DNA of 44,365 nucleotides from Candidatus Methanophagaceae archaeon GoMg2 (GTDB lineage Archaea; Halobacteriota; Syntropharchaeia; Alkanophagales; Methanospirareceae): NCBI GenBank assembly GCA_013180585.1, contig QBUM01000249.1, positions 1 to 44,365 of the forward strand, read 5' to 3'. Shown piece by piece: positions 29,608 to 38,814 of this stretch (position 1 is its first letter; each line of letters starts with the position of its first letter). The notes under the pieces were generated by a model. It saw only the letters and a program-made list of their open reading frames with translations, ran no database searches and was not told where the DNA came from. The position numbers and the translations under genes were made by a program.

Positions 29608-29700
29608 GACACAGATTAACGCTGATTAACGCAGAAGAAATTAAATCTGTGCAAATCCATGTAAATCTGCGTCCTAAATAGATAGAGGTTATACTTTATA
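29608..29700. repeat. Palindromic cacagatt/aatctgtg intergenic repeat
   Basis: gacacagattaac...gtaaatctgcgtc inverted arms. Confidence 0.65.
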
Positions 29701-29712
29701 TACAAAAATAAT

Positions 29713-30711
29713 CTAAACTTTCCGCACTACATGCACGCCCACAATCATTGGATACGCACCATATTCCAGTCGGTCAGCGCCATAATCGCTATATGTAAGG
29801 CCTATTGCAAGGTACGTATCGTTCTTCTCTAAATACCTTAGCATTCTCCAGCCATAAGTCCAACGATGTCGCTTCTTCAGCTCGTTCCAGATTTGGTAGA
29901 AGGCATCGCATCTGCATGACCATCTCCTGTATATCCTGCCGGAGGAATCTCTGAAGTTTAACCTGATATACACCTCATGGCTCTTCGGCCCCGTTCTCTT
30001 CCGCACTCTCTCTTCATACACATGCAAAATGCGTGGCTTTATCAATCCTAAGCTTCTGTCGCCTTTGAATACGGCATCCACAGAATCGTCCATATTCCTT
30101 TCTAAGAATTCACGCTTCTCTTCTTCGTTCAGTTCCCTCTCCACACCTTCGCCGTAAACAAAGAAGCGGTCCTCATGCCGTGGACATCTGCCTCTCCACT
30201 CGTCAACATAAATTTTCGTGATGCCGAGGTTCTTGAAGTTTTGACTTTCAGAGCAGAAGACATCGTTTTCATAAACGCCCTGCGGTCTTATCCATTCACC
30301 ATTTTCATCTATGCCTGCGATGCAGACCTGCCCTCCCTCAGGCCTCGCAACAGCCAATACGGTGAGATTCAACGGAGGTGCATGACTTAACGCAGCGATA
30401 TTCAATGCGATTCTATTTATCTGCGTGTATCTACCGGCATTTGCTCTTTTCGCGCCTCCTTTATTATTTCCGGTGGGAAGATGCGCGTTCTCTATTCTCA
30501 GCATGTCGCCTACTTTTATATCGCCACGAAGCACGAGTTCTGCTTTTTCCGCCCACAATGACACCCTACGGTAATCAAAAGCATCTGCTATTATTAGGTC
30601 AACGACTTTTTTTGTGCTATCTGCGATTTCTACTTCTCTTAAAGGTAGAATCCGAAGTACTTTTCCGGTTATGTTCACCATTGCTTTTAGTATTGAACCA
30701 AATGTACCCAC
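29713..30711 (-). CDS. RPA-like OB fold fused to a dual-OB-type domain; start uncertain
   Basis: VNITGKVL..RVSLWAEKA..IKVGDMLRIENA OB fold; VCIAGIDENGEWIRP, SLGLIKP and YLAIGLT motifs. Confidence 0.6.
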   Translation of the reverse strand: MGTFGSILKAMVNITGKVLRILPLREVEIADSTKKVVDLIIADAFDYRRVSLWAEKAELVLRGDIKVGDMLRIENAHLPTGNNKGGAKRANAGRYTQINRIALNIAALSHAPPLNLTVLAVARPEGGQVCIAGIDENGEWIRPQGVYENDVFCSESQNFKNLGITKIYVDEWRGRCPRHEDRFFVYGEGVERELNEEEKREFLERNMDDSVDAVFKGDRSLGLIKPRILHVYEERVRKRTGPKSHEVYIRLNFRDSSGRIYRRWSCRCDAFYQIWNELKKRHRWTYGWRMLRYLEKNDTYLAIGLTYSDYGADRLEYGAYPMIVGVHVVRKV

Positions 30712-30777
30712 GAAGTGGGGGCACCCGAAGGGCAGTTGCGAACGAAGTGAGCAACTGTCTGGACCAATACTAAATTT

Positions 30778-30955
30778 GTATTTGTATAGCTAACTAAAAA
30801 ACCACGAGATTTCACAAGATTAACACAAGAAATGGTGATTAGTAGGGGTGGGCGGAACTATTCGCTATAATCACCCAATAGAGTACTAAAAACCGATTCC
30901 AATCATTGTTCTCTCGTGGAAATCTGTGTGATCTTGTGGTTAGCTAAACAATTAC
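30778..30955. mobile_element. MITE family B copy (178 bp)
   Basis: TIR gtatttgtatagc / gctaaacaattac; perfect 8-bp TSD ctaaattt (30770-77, 30956-63). Confidence 0.85.
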
Positions 30956-30991
30956 CTAAATTTAATAGATGAAAAACATATAATATTAGTA

Positions 30992-32212
30992 ATGACCACT
31001 TTAGGATTGCTAATTCATGGACCGGAAGTAATAGACGAAGGCGAAGCGGGCGAAGCAATAGAAACGCTAATAAAAACAGGATTTGACGTAGAAGCGACTT
31101 TGGGTGGGATAACAGGTAAGACTGCGGTTATTGATGCCGGCCTACAGCACGCGATAGACATAAGCAAGGATATGAAACCGTCTGAAGTGGTGGAGTATTA
31201 CGTAAAGCGAGGAATAGACATTATCATGCTGGTGAACCATGCAAAGACCGAAGAGAGCGGATTCATGCTTGGCGAGGGCATTCTAAGGAATTTTATTGCT
31301 AAATGTGATGCGGAGGAAAGTTTTTCGTTTGTGCAATTAGAATACAGCAACAGAATTATTATACGATGGCTTGTGAAGTCAGGAGATGAGTACATATTTA
31401 GAAATATAACGGGCGTTTTCACTGCGTTTGAAGAGCGAGAACCGTACAAACTCGAATCAAGATGCAAAGAAGAATCGAATCTGGTGTACCGGGAAATAAG
31501 AGGAGTGTATCCAGGTGAGAAAATTGTGGTGGACGGTGTTATTGTTGGGACGGCTTCACGTGGCGATAGTGTTACACTGGTCGCAAGAGATGGGAAGCTT
31601 GTAAATATCCTTGGCGGCACGTTGATAGAGCATAACCTTGAGAAGTTACCTCCTTTGGAGCTGGAGAAAGAGCTGATAAAAACAGCAAGCGTAATCCGGA
31701 GGACGAAACCGAAGTTGATAGGGGACGTACCGAGGAAAGGAAAGAGGAAGGGGGTAGCATGTTTCTTTTACACAGTGGATAAACTTTTCCCGAAGATGGA
31801 GGAGGAGCGGGATGCAGATATTGCAGTTGCAGTGACCATAGGGGACGACACAACAGGCATTGCCGGCGACATACTGAAGCGATTTGGTATTCCCATGATA
31901 GGCATTACAGATGGTGATGCGGATGGATTGATAGAGGGTATAGAAACAGGTGCCCTGGAAGAATACGCAAAATTCATGCCGCATGATTCGATGATAATAA
32001 GATTAAAGCCGGAACGAGACGACATTATCGGTGAGAGGATAAAGGCTGAGATTTTTAAGGGTGGCGATGAAATTGAGCTGGAAGGTGATCTCGAGAAGCA
32101 ATTTGATGATTTGAAGTCTCGAATACAAGAAATCGCAAAAGATGATATTATCGGTGTGTTGAGGTCCCCGGCCTCGAGCAAGGAAAGATTTAGCGTTCCA
32201 CAACGCCTGTAA
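30992..32212 (+). CDS. DUF2117-family protein
   Basis: IHGPEVID.G, LGGITGKTAVIDAGL, TIGDDTT..AGDILKRFGIPMIGITDGD. Confidence 0.85.
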   Translation: MTTLGLLIHGPEVIDEGEAGEAIETLIKTGFDVEATLGGITGKTAVIDAGLQHAIDISKDMKPSEVVEYYVKRGIDIIMLVNHAKTEESGFMLGEGILRNFIAKCDAEESFSFVQLEYSNRIIIRWLVKSGDEYIFRNITGVFTAFEEREPYKLESRCKEESNLVYREIRGVYPGEKIVVDGVIVGTASRGDSVTLVARDGKLVNILGGTLIEHNLEKLPPLELEKELIKTASVIRRTKPKLIGDVPRKGKRKGVACFFYTVDKLFPKMEEERDADIAVAVTIGDDTTGIAGDILKRFGIPMIGITDGDADGLIEGIETGALEEYAKFMPHDSMIIRLKPERDDIIGERIKAEIFKGGDEIELEGDLEKQFDDLKSRIQEIAKDDIIGVLRSPASSKERFSVPQRL

Positions 32213-32266
32213 TATTATCAATTAACGGCAAACGAAGAAAACCAGACTAAAATCAGTTACTAAATC

Positions 32267-32428
32267 GTAATTGTTTAGCTAACCACAAGATTTCACAGAT
32301 TTTCACGAGAATCGAAGGATAGTAACCAAATTTTAGTATACCATATGCCACATTATCCCACATCAATCCCAATTTCTTGTGTTAATCTTGTGGAATCTCG
32401 TGGTTTTAAAAAATCGCTATACAACTAC
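32267..32428. mobile_element. MITE family B copy (inverted)
   Basis: gtaattgtttagc / gctatacaactac ends; flanks actaaatc / cctaaatc (7/8). Confidence 0.82.
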
Positions 32429-32473
32429 CCTAAATCTTTTGTTCATAAAGCTCTTGTTTTTATACTTTTGCTC

Positions 32474-32578
32474 CATAGTGCGTACGGTCAACCAAACACT
32501 CTGAGCGTATCAGAACTCTACCGCAATCGGATTTGGGTTATGATACAAGCTCGTAACCAGATACGCACTGTTATGCAA
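32474..32578 (-). other. Degenerate attC site of cassette 2
   Basis: Minus strand just after the stop codon: GCATAAC-agtgcgta ... tacgcact-atgg; arms intact, R' GTT lost. Confidence 0.55.
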
Positions 32579-32584
32579 CGCCCG

Positions 32585-33002
32585 CTACTTCAATATTTCT
32601 TCGATAATCTCTGCAGCATCCTGAACAAATTTTGGACACAGCGTCTCAAATAGTTTCTTCTCGTTTGCCTGACTCATTCCATCCAGGGTGCTTAGATCAC
32701 AACCGAGCAACTCTTTACACAGAATCTCGCTACAAACTCGTTAACGAGTCTATAAGTCTCTTCTTTTGCCACAGCATCGTCAACGCTTGTCATTCCGTGT
32801 TTTAATCCTATGAACATAAACGCATCGGTCACAGCACCACATGTTTCTCCTCTGCGACCTATTCCACCACCGAAAGCACCGGAAACCTTTAAGGCTGTTT
32901 CACGAGTTAACCCGAATTGTGTGTACCGTAAGTTGAGAGCATTGCTTGTGAACAGCTAAAACCTGTTTTAAAACAAGAAACCGCACGTTCAACTCTATTC
33001 AT
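32585..33002 (-). pseudogene. C_GCAxxG_C_C family putative redox protein (frameshifted), cassette 2
   Basis: MNRVERAVSCFKTGFSCSQA / ALKVSGAFGGGIGRRGETCGAVT / DAAEIIEEILK; frameshift in an acacaca run; ggagg RBS. Confidence 0.85.
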
Positions 33003-33033
33003 TTTTCGTGCCTCCAACATTTAAGCGGGTGGT

Positions 33034-33128
33034 GTATAACGGAACCAGCATATACGACGTGCTACCGAAGGGAGCAATGTCCCGAAGGCAAGGGCGTAAG
33101 CCCGTAGCGTATATGCTGTGTTATCTGC
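33034..33128 (-). other. Integron attC recombination site
   Basis: Minus strand gcagatAAC ... GTTatac cores with a perfect 11-bp IR cagcatatacg (33046-56) / cgtatatgctg (33108-18) and three internal mini-hairpins, lying between two co-oriented genes. Confidence 0.8.
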
Positions 33129-34644
33129 ACCTGAAGGGTCGGAGCGACCAAAGGGAGCGGAGAGTTTCGAATTCTGTCAAAAAAAATCTTAAGATGGCTC
33201 ATGCTAATCTTTCATTAATGATTTTAAATAATCTCTCAAAATTTTCTGTTGTTAGTGTTCCTAACTTATCATCTTTAAAAGAAGAATCTAATGTCATCTT
33301 GTTGATCTGGCGCGCCACCAAAACTTTATCAAATTTTCCAAACCCCTTATTTTTGAGGAATTCTGCATACTTTTTTGTGTGTTTGGTTATAGCAGTATCC
33401 AATTCATATAGAGTTATGTCTTTCCTTATTATTTTACTGTATGCTTCATTTACTGCCCTATTATAAAACTTCTCATCAATCAAATCTTCAATTTCAATAT
33501 CTCTTCCACGACCTCCCCTTTTCATTTTGTCCGATACACATTCATTTAACATGATTACTATGTCTTCTTTGATGTTATACCTCTCTTCTAATTCTTTTTT
33601 CACACGGATTCCTTGGGTGTCGTAATCAAGAACTGTGATAAAACTAAAATTTTCTTTTTCCAATAAAAGTGCAAAGTATGGAAACTTATCGGCACCACCG
33701 ACGGGAATGATTGCGGTTTTAGAAAAATCTAAACATTCTTTTTTGTTTCTCTCGAAATAATTTGATACTGCCTCTATTATCAGATAATCTGAAAACCCCT
33801 CTACAATCATATTTTTCTTATTTGTAAAAAGAGAATCCCCAATTGTTGCTCCAATGGCTGCTCTTATTGGTGCAAGTGCATCAAGCTCTGAATCATGAAA
33901 CTTTTCTTTGACAACAGTACCTTTATTTTTTTCTTTTTCAAGTATTTTAATTCTATCAAGGTTGTTTTTATCAATTAAAAATGGAGAATGTGTAGCATAT
34001 ATTATTTGATTATTTTCTTTAAGTTTTTCTAATGTACTCAATAGGTTTTTCTGCCCTTCTGCGTGTAAGTGAACTCCAGGATCATCTAACAATAAAACGG
34101 TATTTCTAAGCACACCTTTTGATCCCTGCATAAAGTTTATGTAGAAGGATAAGAACCATTGAAAGCCTTTACTTCTCTTACTTGGAGGTGTTGGTTCTGC
34201 ACTTGTTTCATCTTCTATCATAATAACAAAATCAGGCGTATTATATGTTATTTCGACTTCATATTCACCTTGTTTCCAAAACTCATTTATCTCACCAGTT
34301 ATCTTCTTTGATGCTTTTTTCGTATAGATGCGTTGCTGAGACGGTGGTTTTTTCTTTAATTCCTCTGCATTTAATCTCACCAACTTCAATAGGTTATCAA
34401 AAGTTTTATATTTTGATTTATTCTTCAAAAAGTCATTTATGTTAACGGTGTCCTCCTTTAAGATGTTTATATCATCAAAATAAATGAAACTTGGCATTAG
34501 TTTTAGTATCTTATGCACATTATCCCTCGGCATTTCTATTAATTCACCCTTAATCTCTTCAATGCGTTTTATAGTATTCTCAATATCATTCACAATTGGT
34601 TGATCCGTATCTGGCAACGCTTTTAGATTATCATAAAAAGTATT

Positions 34645-35069
34645 CATGTGTGTTCGGTTAAGTAATTATGGTCCACAAAACAAAAAGAAAAGGCATACAA
34701 AAAGTATTATATTTGTATAGCGAATTTTTAAAACCACGAGATTCCACAAGATTAACACAAGAAATAGGGATTAATGTGGGATAATGTGGCCCATGGTATA
34801 CTAAAATCTGGTTACGGTCCTTCTATTCTCGTGGAAATCTGTGAAATCTTGTGGTTAGCTGAATAATTACAAAGTATTTAATGGACACGGATTAACGCAG
34901 ATGGAAATCAAAAACTTCTAATTAATTTTGGGCGCTCTGCTCTGTGACGGTAAAACGTCGTATGAAAGACAAAAAAGATAAATCAGTGTAAATCTGTATC
35001 TGAAATGCGTTGTTATATTAGTTCATGGGTCATTATTTATCTTGTGTCGTACTTAACCGAACACCTATG
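34645..35069. mobile_element. MITE family A (IS4/ISH8-like CAT termini), 425 bp including a nested insert
   Basis: 20-bp TIR catgtgtgttcggttaagta / tacttaaccgaacacctatg; 10-bp TSD aaaaagtatt (34635-44, 35070-79). Confidence 0.92.
34709..34870. mobile_element. MITE family B copy nested in family A
   Basis: Perfect 8-bp TSD aaagtatt (34701-08, 34871-78); absent from the second family A copy. Confidence 0.88.
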
Positions 35070-35770
35070 AAAAAGTATTAAATACCTCGATTATCCCATC
35101 TTCTTGTAACCCAGTAAAGTCTATTGAAATGAACTCCTCTATATGCTGGTCATACTGTGCTTTACTACTGGCAAATGGTGCGTATCTTTGTATGTAGGCA
35201 TCTATCCGCTCAGATAAATTATCGATCTCTTTTTTTATCTCAGGTATTGATCCTATAGTTTGTTCTATCTTTAATTTCTCTATTTCTAATTCAGGACTTT
35301 CAACCGTGTATTGATTGTTAAAATACTTGGTGACTTTTAAATGCTTTATTTTACCAAGATCTTCATGGATCTCTTTTAATCTTTCTCTATCATTATCTAT
35401 GATCTCAAACCAAGTTGTAACCATTTCTATATTCGCTGCTTCTATCTCGCCAGAATCTAACTTTTCTTTGACATTAGAATAAGAACTGATATCCTCCCCG
35501 TCATATTCATACTCTGAATTGAAAGATTCCAACGCTTTTAGAAATGTTGTCTTGCCTCTTTCATTTCTACCTATTAAGCATACGATATCATCATCTATCT
35601 TTACTTCACCAGAGTCACTAATACATCTGAAATTTTGTATTCTAATTTTTTCTAGTTTCATACTTGTTCCCTTATTTTTTCACATCGAATTAACATTATG
35701 AGTTAATATTATCATAGACTATCTTTCTATTTAATTGGATTTATGAAGTTAATAAACAGGATTCGGAATT

Positions 35771-35850
35771 GCAGATAACGTTGTATATCCGAACTTACTT
35801 CGCATATCCTTCCAATTTGGCGATATATCCGAACATAGTTCGCATATACT
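35771..35850 (-). other. Putative attI site with two 24-bp direct repeats
   Basis: G/TTATCTGC core at 35779-71; tatatccgaacNtaNttcgcatat at 35784-807 and 35824-847, each an imperfect palindrome. Confidence 0.7.
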
Positions 35851-35875
35851 ACCCTCTGATCGAACTTCTCCATCT

Positions 35876-36014
35876 TTAATCATCTTCCTCCCATCTCATC
35901 TGTAAGTTATCCCACGGACTTTTTATCTTATCTATATCTCTATCACTTACCTGAGCATACATTTCTGTCGTCTTCAAACTTTTTGTGCCACCACAGTTCT
36001 TGAATATCCCGCAT
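35876..36014 (-). pseudogene. Integron-integrase-like tyrosine recombinase, C-terminal remnant
   Basis: MRDIQELWWHK/(frameshift)SLKTTEMYAQVSDRDIDKIKSPWDNL matches box II IQELLGH.S.KTT.IYTHV and the IntI-type SPLD tail. Confidence 0.75.
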
Positions 36015-36015
36015 A

Positions 36016-36732
36016 TTATCTCCTACCACCATACATTGCAAATATCCCATACTTATAGAAACAATCCACATCCTTGAACCCTACTTCATTCAAAGCATTT
36101 AACTGATCGGTCAATGTATCCAGCTTACTATAATGCCCTTTTTCTTTATAACTGCGGATAGTGCCTTCATAGTCGTCTTCTATCCCCAACGCCGTTTGTT
36201 TCTCGATTATCCATTCCCGCCATAAATTCTGATACCAGCCCTCAAGCGCCTCTGTCGGTGGAAGGATAACCTCGATATTCACAAAATAACCGCCGGCGTC
36301 TAAGTGCGAATAAATGTATTTAAATAGCGATTTCTTCTCGCTCATTGTTAGATGGTGAATGGCAAGCGCGGAAACGACAAAATCAAATTCCTGGAGTCCA
36401 ATATGCAATAGCTCCTGAAAGCTTGCCTTAACGAACCTGATATCTTTGAAAGCCGTCAACCGGTTTTTAGCTTTAGTCAGCATATCCTCGGAGCCATCAA
36501 CCAACGTGGCTGATATAGAACTATCAATACCCAAAAGCTCATGGATCAGAACGCCATCGCCACATCCAAGGTCCAGAACTCGGCATTGCTTCTTGTCCCC
36601 CTGGAAATGGCGATAAAATGATTTCAAGATTGCCAGCAATCTGTCCCGCTCTACGACTCGGATGTCTGCGGTTTCCAGATACTGCTGGCCAAAGTCCTTC
36701 TCAGCCCAGCGGGTATTATCAAATTCTGTCAT
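36016..36732 (-). CDS. Class I SAM-dependent methyltransferase
   Basis: VLDLGCGDG, VDGSEDML, FDFVVSALAIHHL. Confidence 0.9.
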   Translation of the reverse strand: MTEFDNTRWAEKDFGQQYLETADIRVVERDRLLAILKSFYRHFQGDKKQCRVLDLGCGDGVLIHELLGIDSSISATLVDGSEDMLTKAKNRLTAFKDIRFVKASFQELLHIGLQEFDFVVSALAIHHLTMSEKKSLFKYIYSHLDAGGYFVNIEVILPPTEALEGWYQNLWREWIIEKQTALGIEDDYEGTIRSYKEKGHYSKLDTLTDQLNALNEVGFKDVDCFYKYGIFAMYGGRR

Positions 36733-36782
36733 GATTTGGATGCTCTTATCTTCACTTCTTTCGCTCCTCTAATAAAGTTTTC

Positions 36783-37224
36783 CTATTTGTATAGCAGAGA
36801 TAAAACCACGAGATTTCACGAGATTAGCACAAGATTTGGGGGTTAACATGAGATAAAAAACCCAATAGTACACTTAAGCCGGATCCATAGGGTTCGGTTA
36901 AGTACGACTCAACGTACATAAAGATTCATAAAATAATATAACAACGCATTTCCGACACAGATTTACACAGATTTACACGGATTTATCTTTTTTGTCTTTC
37001 ATACGACTTTTTACCGTCACAGAGCAGAGCGCCCAAAATTAATTAGAAGTTTGTGATTTCCATCTGCGTTAATCTGCGTTAATCCGTGTCCATAAAATAC
37101 TTTTTGTATGTATTTTTTGGATGTTTTGTGGGCCATAATTACTTAACCGAACACACATGAAGCCGGATCCATATTAATATTTCTCGTGGAAATCTGTGTA
37201 ATCTATGGTTAGCTAAACAAATAC
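36783..37224. mobile_element. MITE family B copy interrupted by family A
   Basis: ctatttgtatagc ... gctaaacaaatac ends; flanks aagttttc / aactttta (6/8). Confidence 0.75.
36886..37159. mobile_element. MITE family A, second copy (274 bp, inverted)
   Basis: catagggttcggttaagta / tacttaaccgaacacacatg; perfect 10-bp TSD aagccggatc (36876-85, 37160-69). Confidence 0.92.
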
Positions 37225-37313
37225 AACTTTTACTACGGGATTTTGGCCAAAGGCGTGTGTATGTTTCTAAATCCAAAGAACAGGATAAGGTGCTTGAGAT
37301 TTGTAAATCCATG

Positions 37314-37515
37314 TTATCGCCACAACCTAAAAGCAGGGATCCAATCGTAGTACCGTTCGCCATTTACGTCTATGAATTCTGTACAGGTTATTCCACCACC
37401 GGTTGCATTAAACTCATGCTCATGGATAATTTGAGGATACGAGCCCGTTTTTAGCGTGTAGTTGTATGTTTCGTTTGCTACAAGTCTGAATGATTGGTTA
37501 AAAGTGACGTTTGTA
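37314..37515 (-). pseudogene. C-terminal fragment of a probable surface protein, truncated by the IS1634 remnant
   Basis: LVANETYNYTLKTGSYPQI..CTEFIDVNG..YDWIPAFRL resembles a recurrent C-terminal module of secreted proteins in these archaea (recalled, not searched). Confidence 0.5.
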
Positions 37516-38259
37516 GAGGATAAATCCACAATAGAGAAGGAAACGCTGAGAAAGGGTAAATTCATCGTGGCTACAAACCTATTGGACCGCGAGAATCTGA
37601 GTGACGAAGAAGTGCTTACGGCTTACAAGGAGCAGCAATATGCGGAAAGAGGGTTCAGATTCCTCAAAGACCCGCTATTCTTCGCCCACAGCTTGTTTCT
37701 GGAGCAGGAAAGTCGAATTGTCGCGATGGTGATGATTATGGGGCTTCTGCGAAGTATTTTGATCAAACTTTCTTAAAGTTTGACTCATGGTTTACGCGAT
37801 TGCTGAGAATAAGTTGCGAGAAGCGCGGGATAAGGAAGACGAGACTGTCCCTGATCAGAAGAACCACCCTACGAAGAAACCGACAATCAGACGTGTCTTC
37901 TGGGTGTTTGAGGGTATTACAGTACTTTACAGAGGTTCCGAGATGGTGAATGTCATGAACTTGCGACCGATTCATCAAAAAGTCCTTTCATTGCTTGGTC
38001 GTGAGTATGCGAGGATGTATTGCACCGGTTAGGGCTGTGGTTGTTATTGAGGTACGCGGCAATGCAACGCAGTGGAGAAAGGGGCCGTTAGATTATCGCA
38101 TTTCATGCGAAAACGATAGAAACGGAGGTATAAAAGGTGTGGCGAGAGATGTGATGCGTGCAGGGGCATCCGCATAAAACGTACACTGTTTAGCAGGTTC
38201 GTTGTTGTGCGCAATTCTGAAAGTGCCCTATTTTATTGTGGTAAAGTGCGGAATGTGGG
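37516..38259 (+). mobile_element. IS1634-family transposase 3' remnant with right end
   Basis: GKFIVATN, YKEQQYAERGFRFLKDPLFF, TVPDQKNHPTKKPTIR; terminal gtgcggaatgtggg; frame broken near 37747-83. Confidence 0.85.
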
Positions 38260-38272
38260 AGAGAAAATAGAA

Positions 38273-38660
38273 ATGGACTATATTATCTTGCTTGTGGAAG
38301 ATGAAGAACAGATTCACACACTACTGCCAGTTTATCTGGCGAGGAACAAGCAGCATACGTTCACCGTGCATTCTGCCAGGCATGGCAAGGCGGGAGTTGA
38401 GCAGTACAGCAAGTTGGCAAACGGAGGTAAGAAGCCGGACCTCGTGTTGATGGACATCAAGATGCCGGTGATGAACGGCATGGAAGCAACCAGAATGATA
38501 ATGGATAACGACCCGGCAGCAAACATTTACCTGTTCACCGCCTATGCGGGAACCGAGGTAGAGAGAAACGCACTCGATGCGGGTGCAAAAGGTACTAAGC
38601 AAGGACGCAGACTGGACCAAGATAGCAGAAGAGATAGTGAATATTCTAAAATCCGCTTGA
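38273..38660 (+). pseudogene. Single-domain response regulator, frameshifted duplicate
   Basis: LLVEDE, VLMDIKMP; ggtactaagc here versus ggtacactaagc in copy 2 (2-bp deletion) removes the conserved Lys. Confidence 0.85.
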
Positions 38661-38814
38661 CAAGGTAGGGCAAACACGTTAAATCTTATCTTCCTGAAGT
38701 GTGGTAAAATAATTTCATTTTTTAATAATTTAGTTATAAATATCCATCATTTTTTTAATAGTGTTCGAATAATTTAACAACACATCACGACAATATTGTA
38801 TGTGAGGGGTAGAA

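Larger units (their letters stand above)
33199..35661 (-). pseudogene. OLD-family ABC ATPase-TOPRIM nuclease (about 675 aa when restored), interrupted by a MITE; cassette 1
   Basis: Walker A GRNERGKT, SKGFQWF signature, LLLDDPGVHLH, THSPF, TOPRIM VEGFSD/PVGG/DYD; the halves join in frame as EVFNTFYDNLK. Confidence 0.9.

Noticed and set aside
32345-32653. 102-aa plus-strand ORF
   Set aside because: Made of MITE, decayed attC and antisense pseudogene sequence
33008-33466. 152-aa plus-strand ORF
   Set aside because: Runs across attC and antisense to the OLD gene; no motifs
35830-35842. LexA (Cheo) box cgaac-ata-gttcg
   Set aside because: Spacer is 3 nt rather than 4, and a LexA regulon is not expected here; better explained as part of the attI repeats
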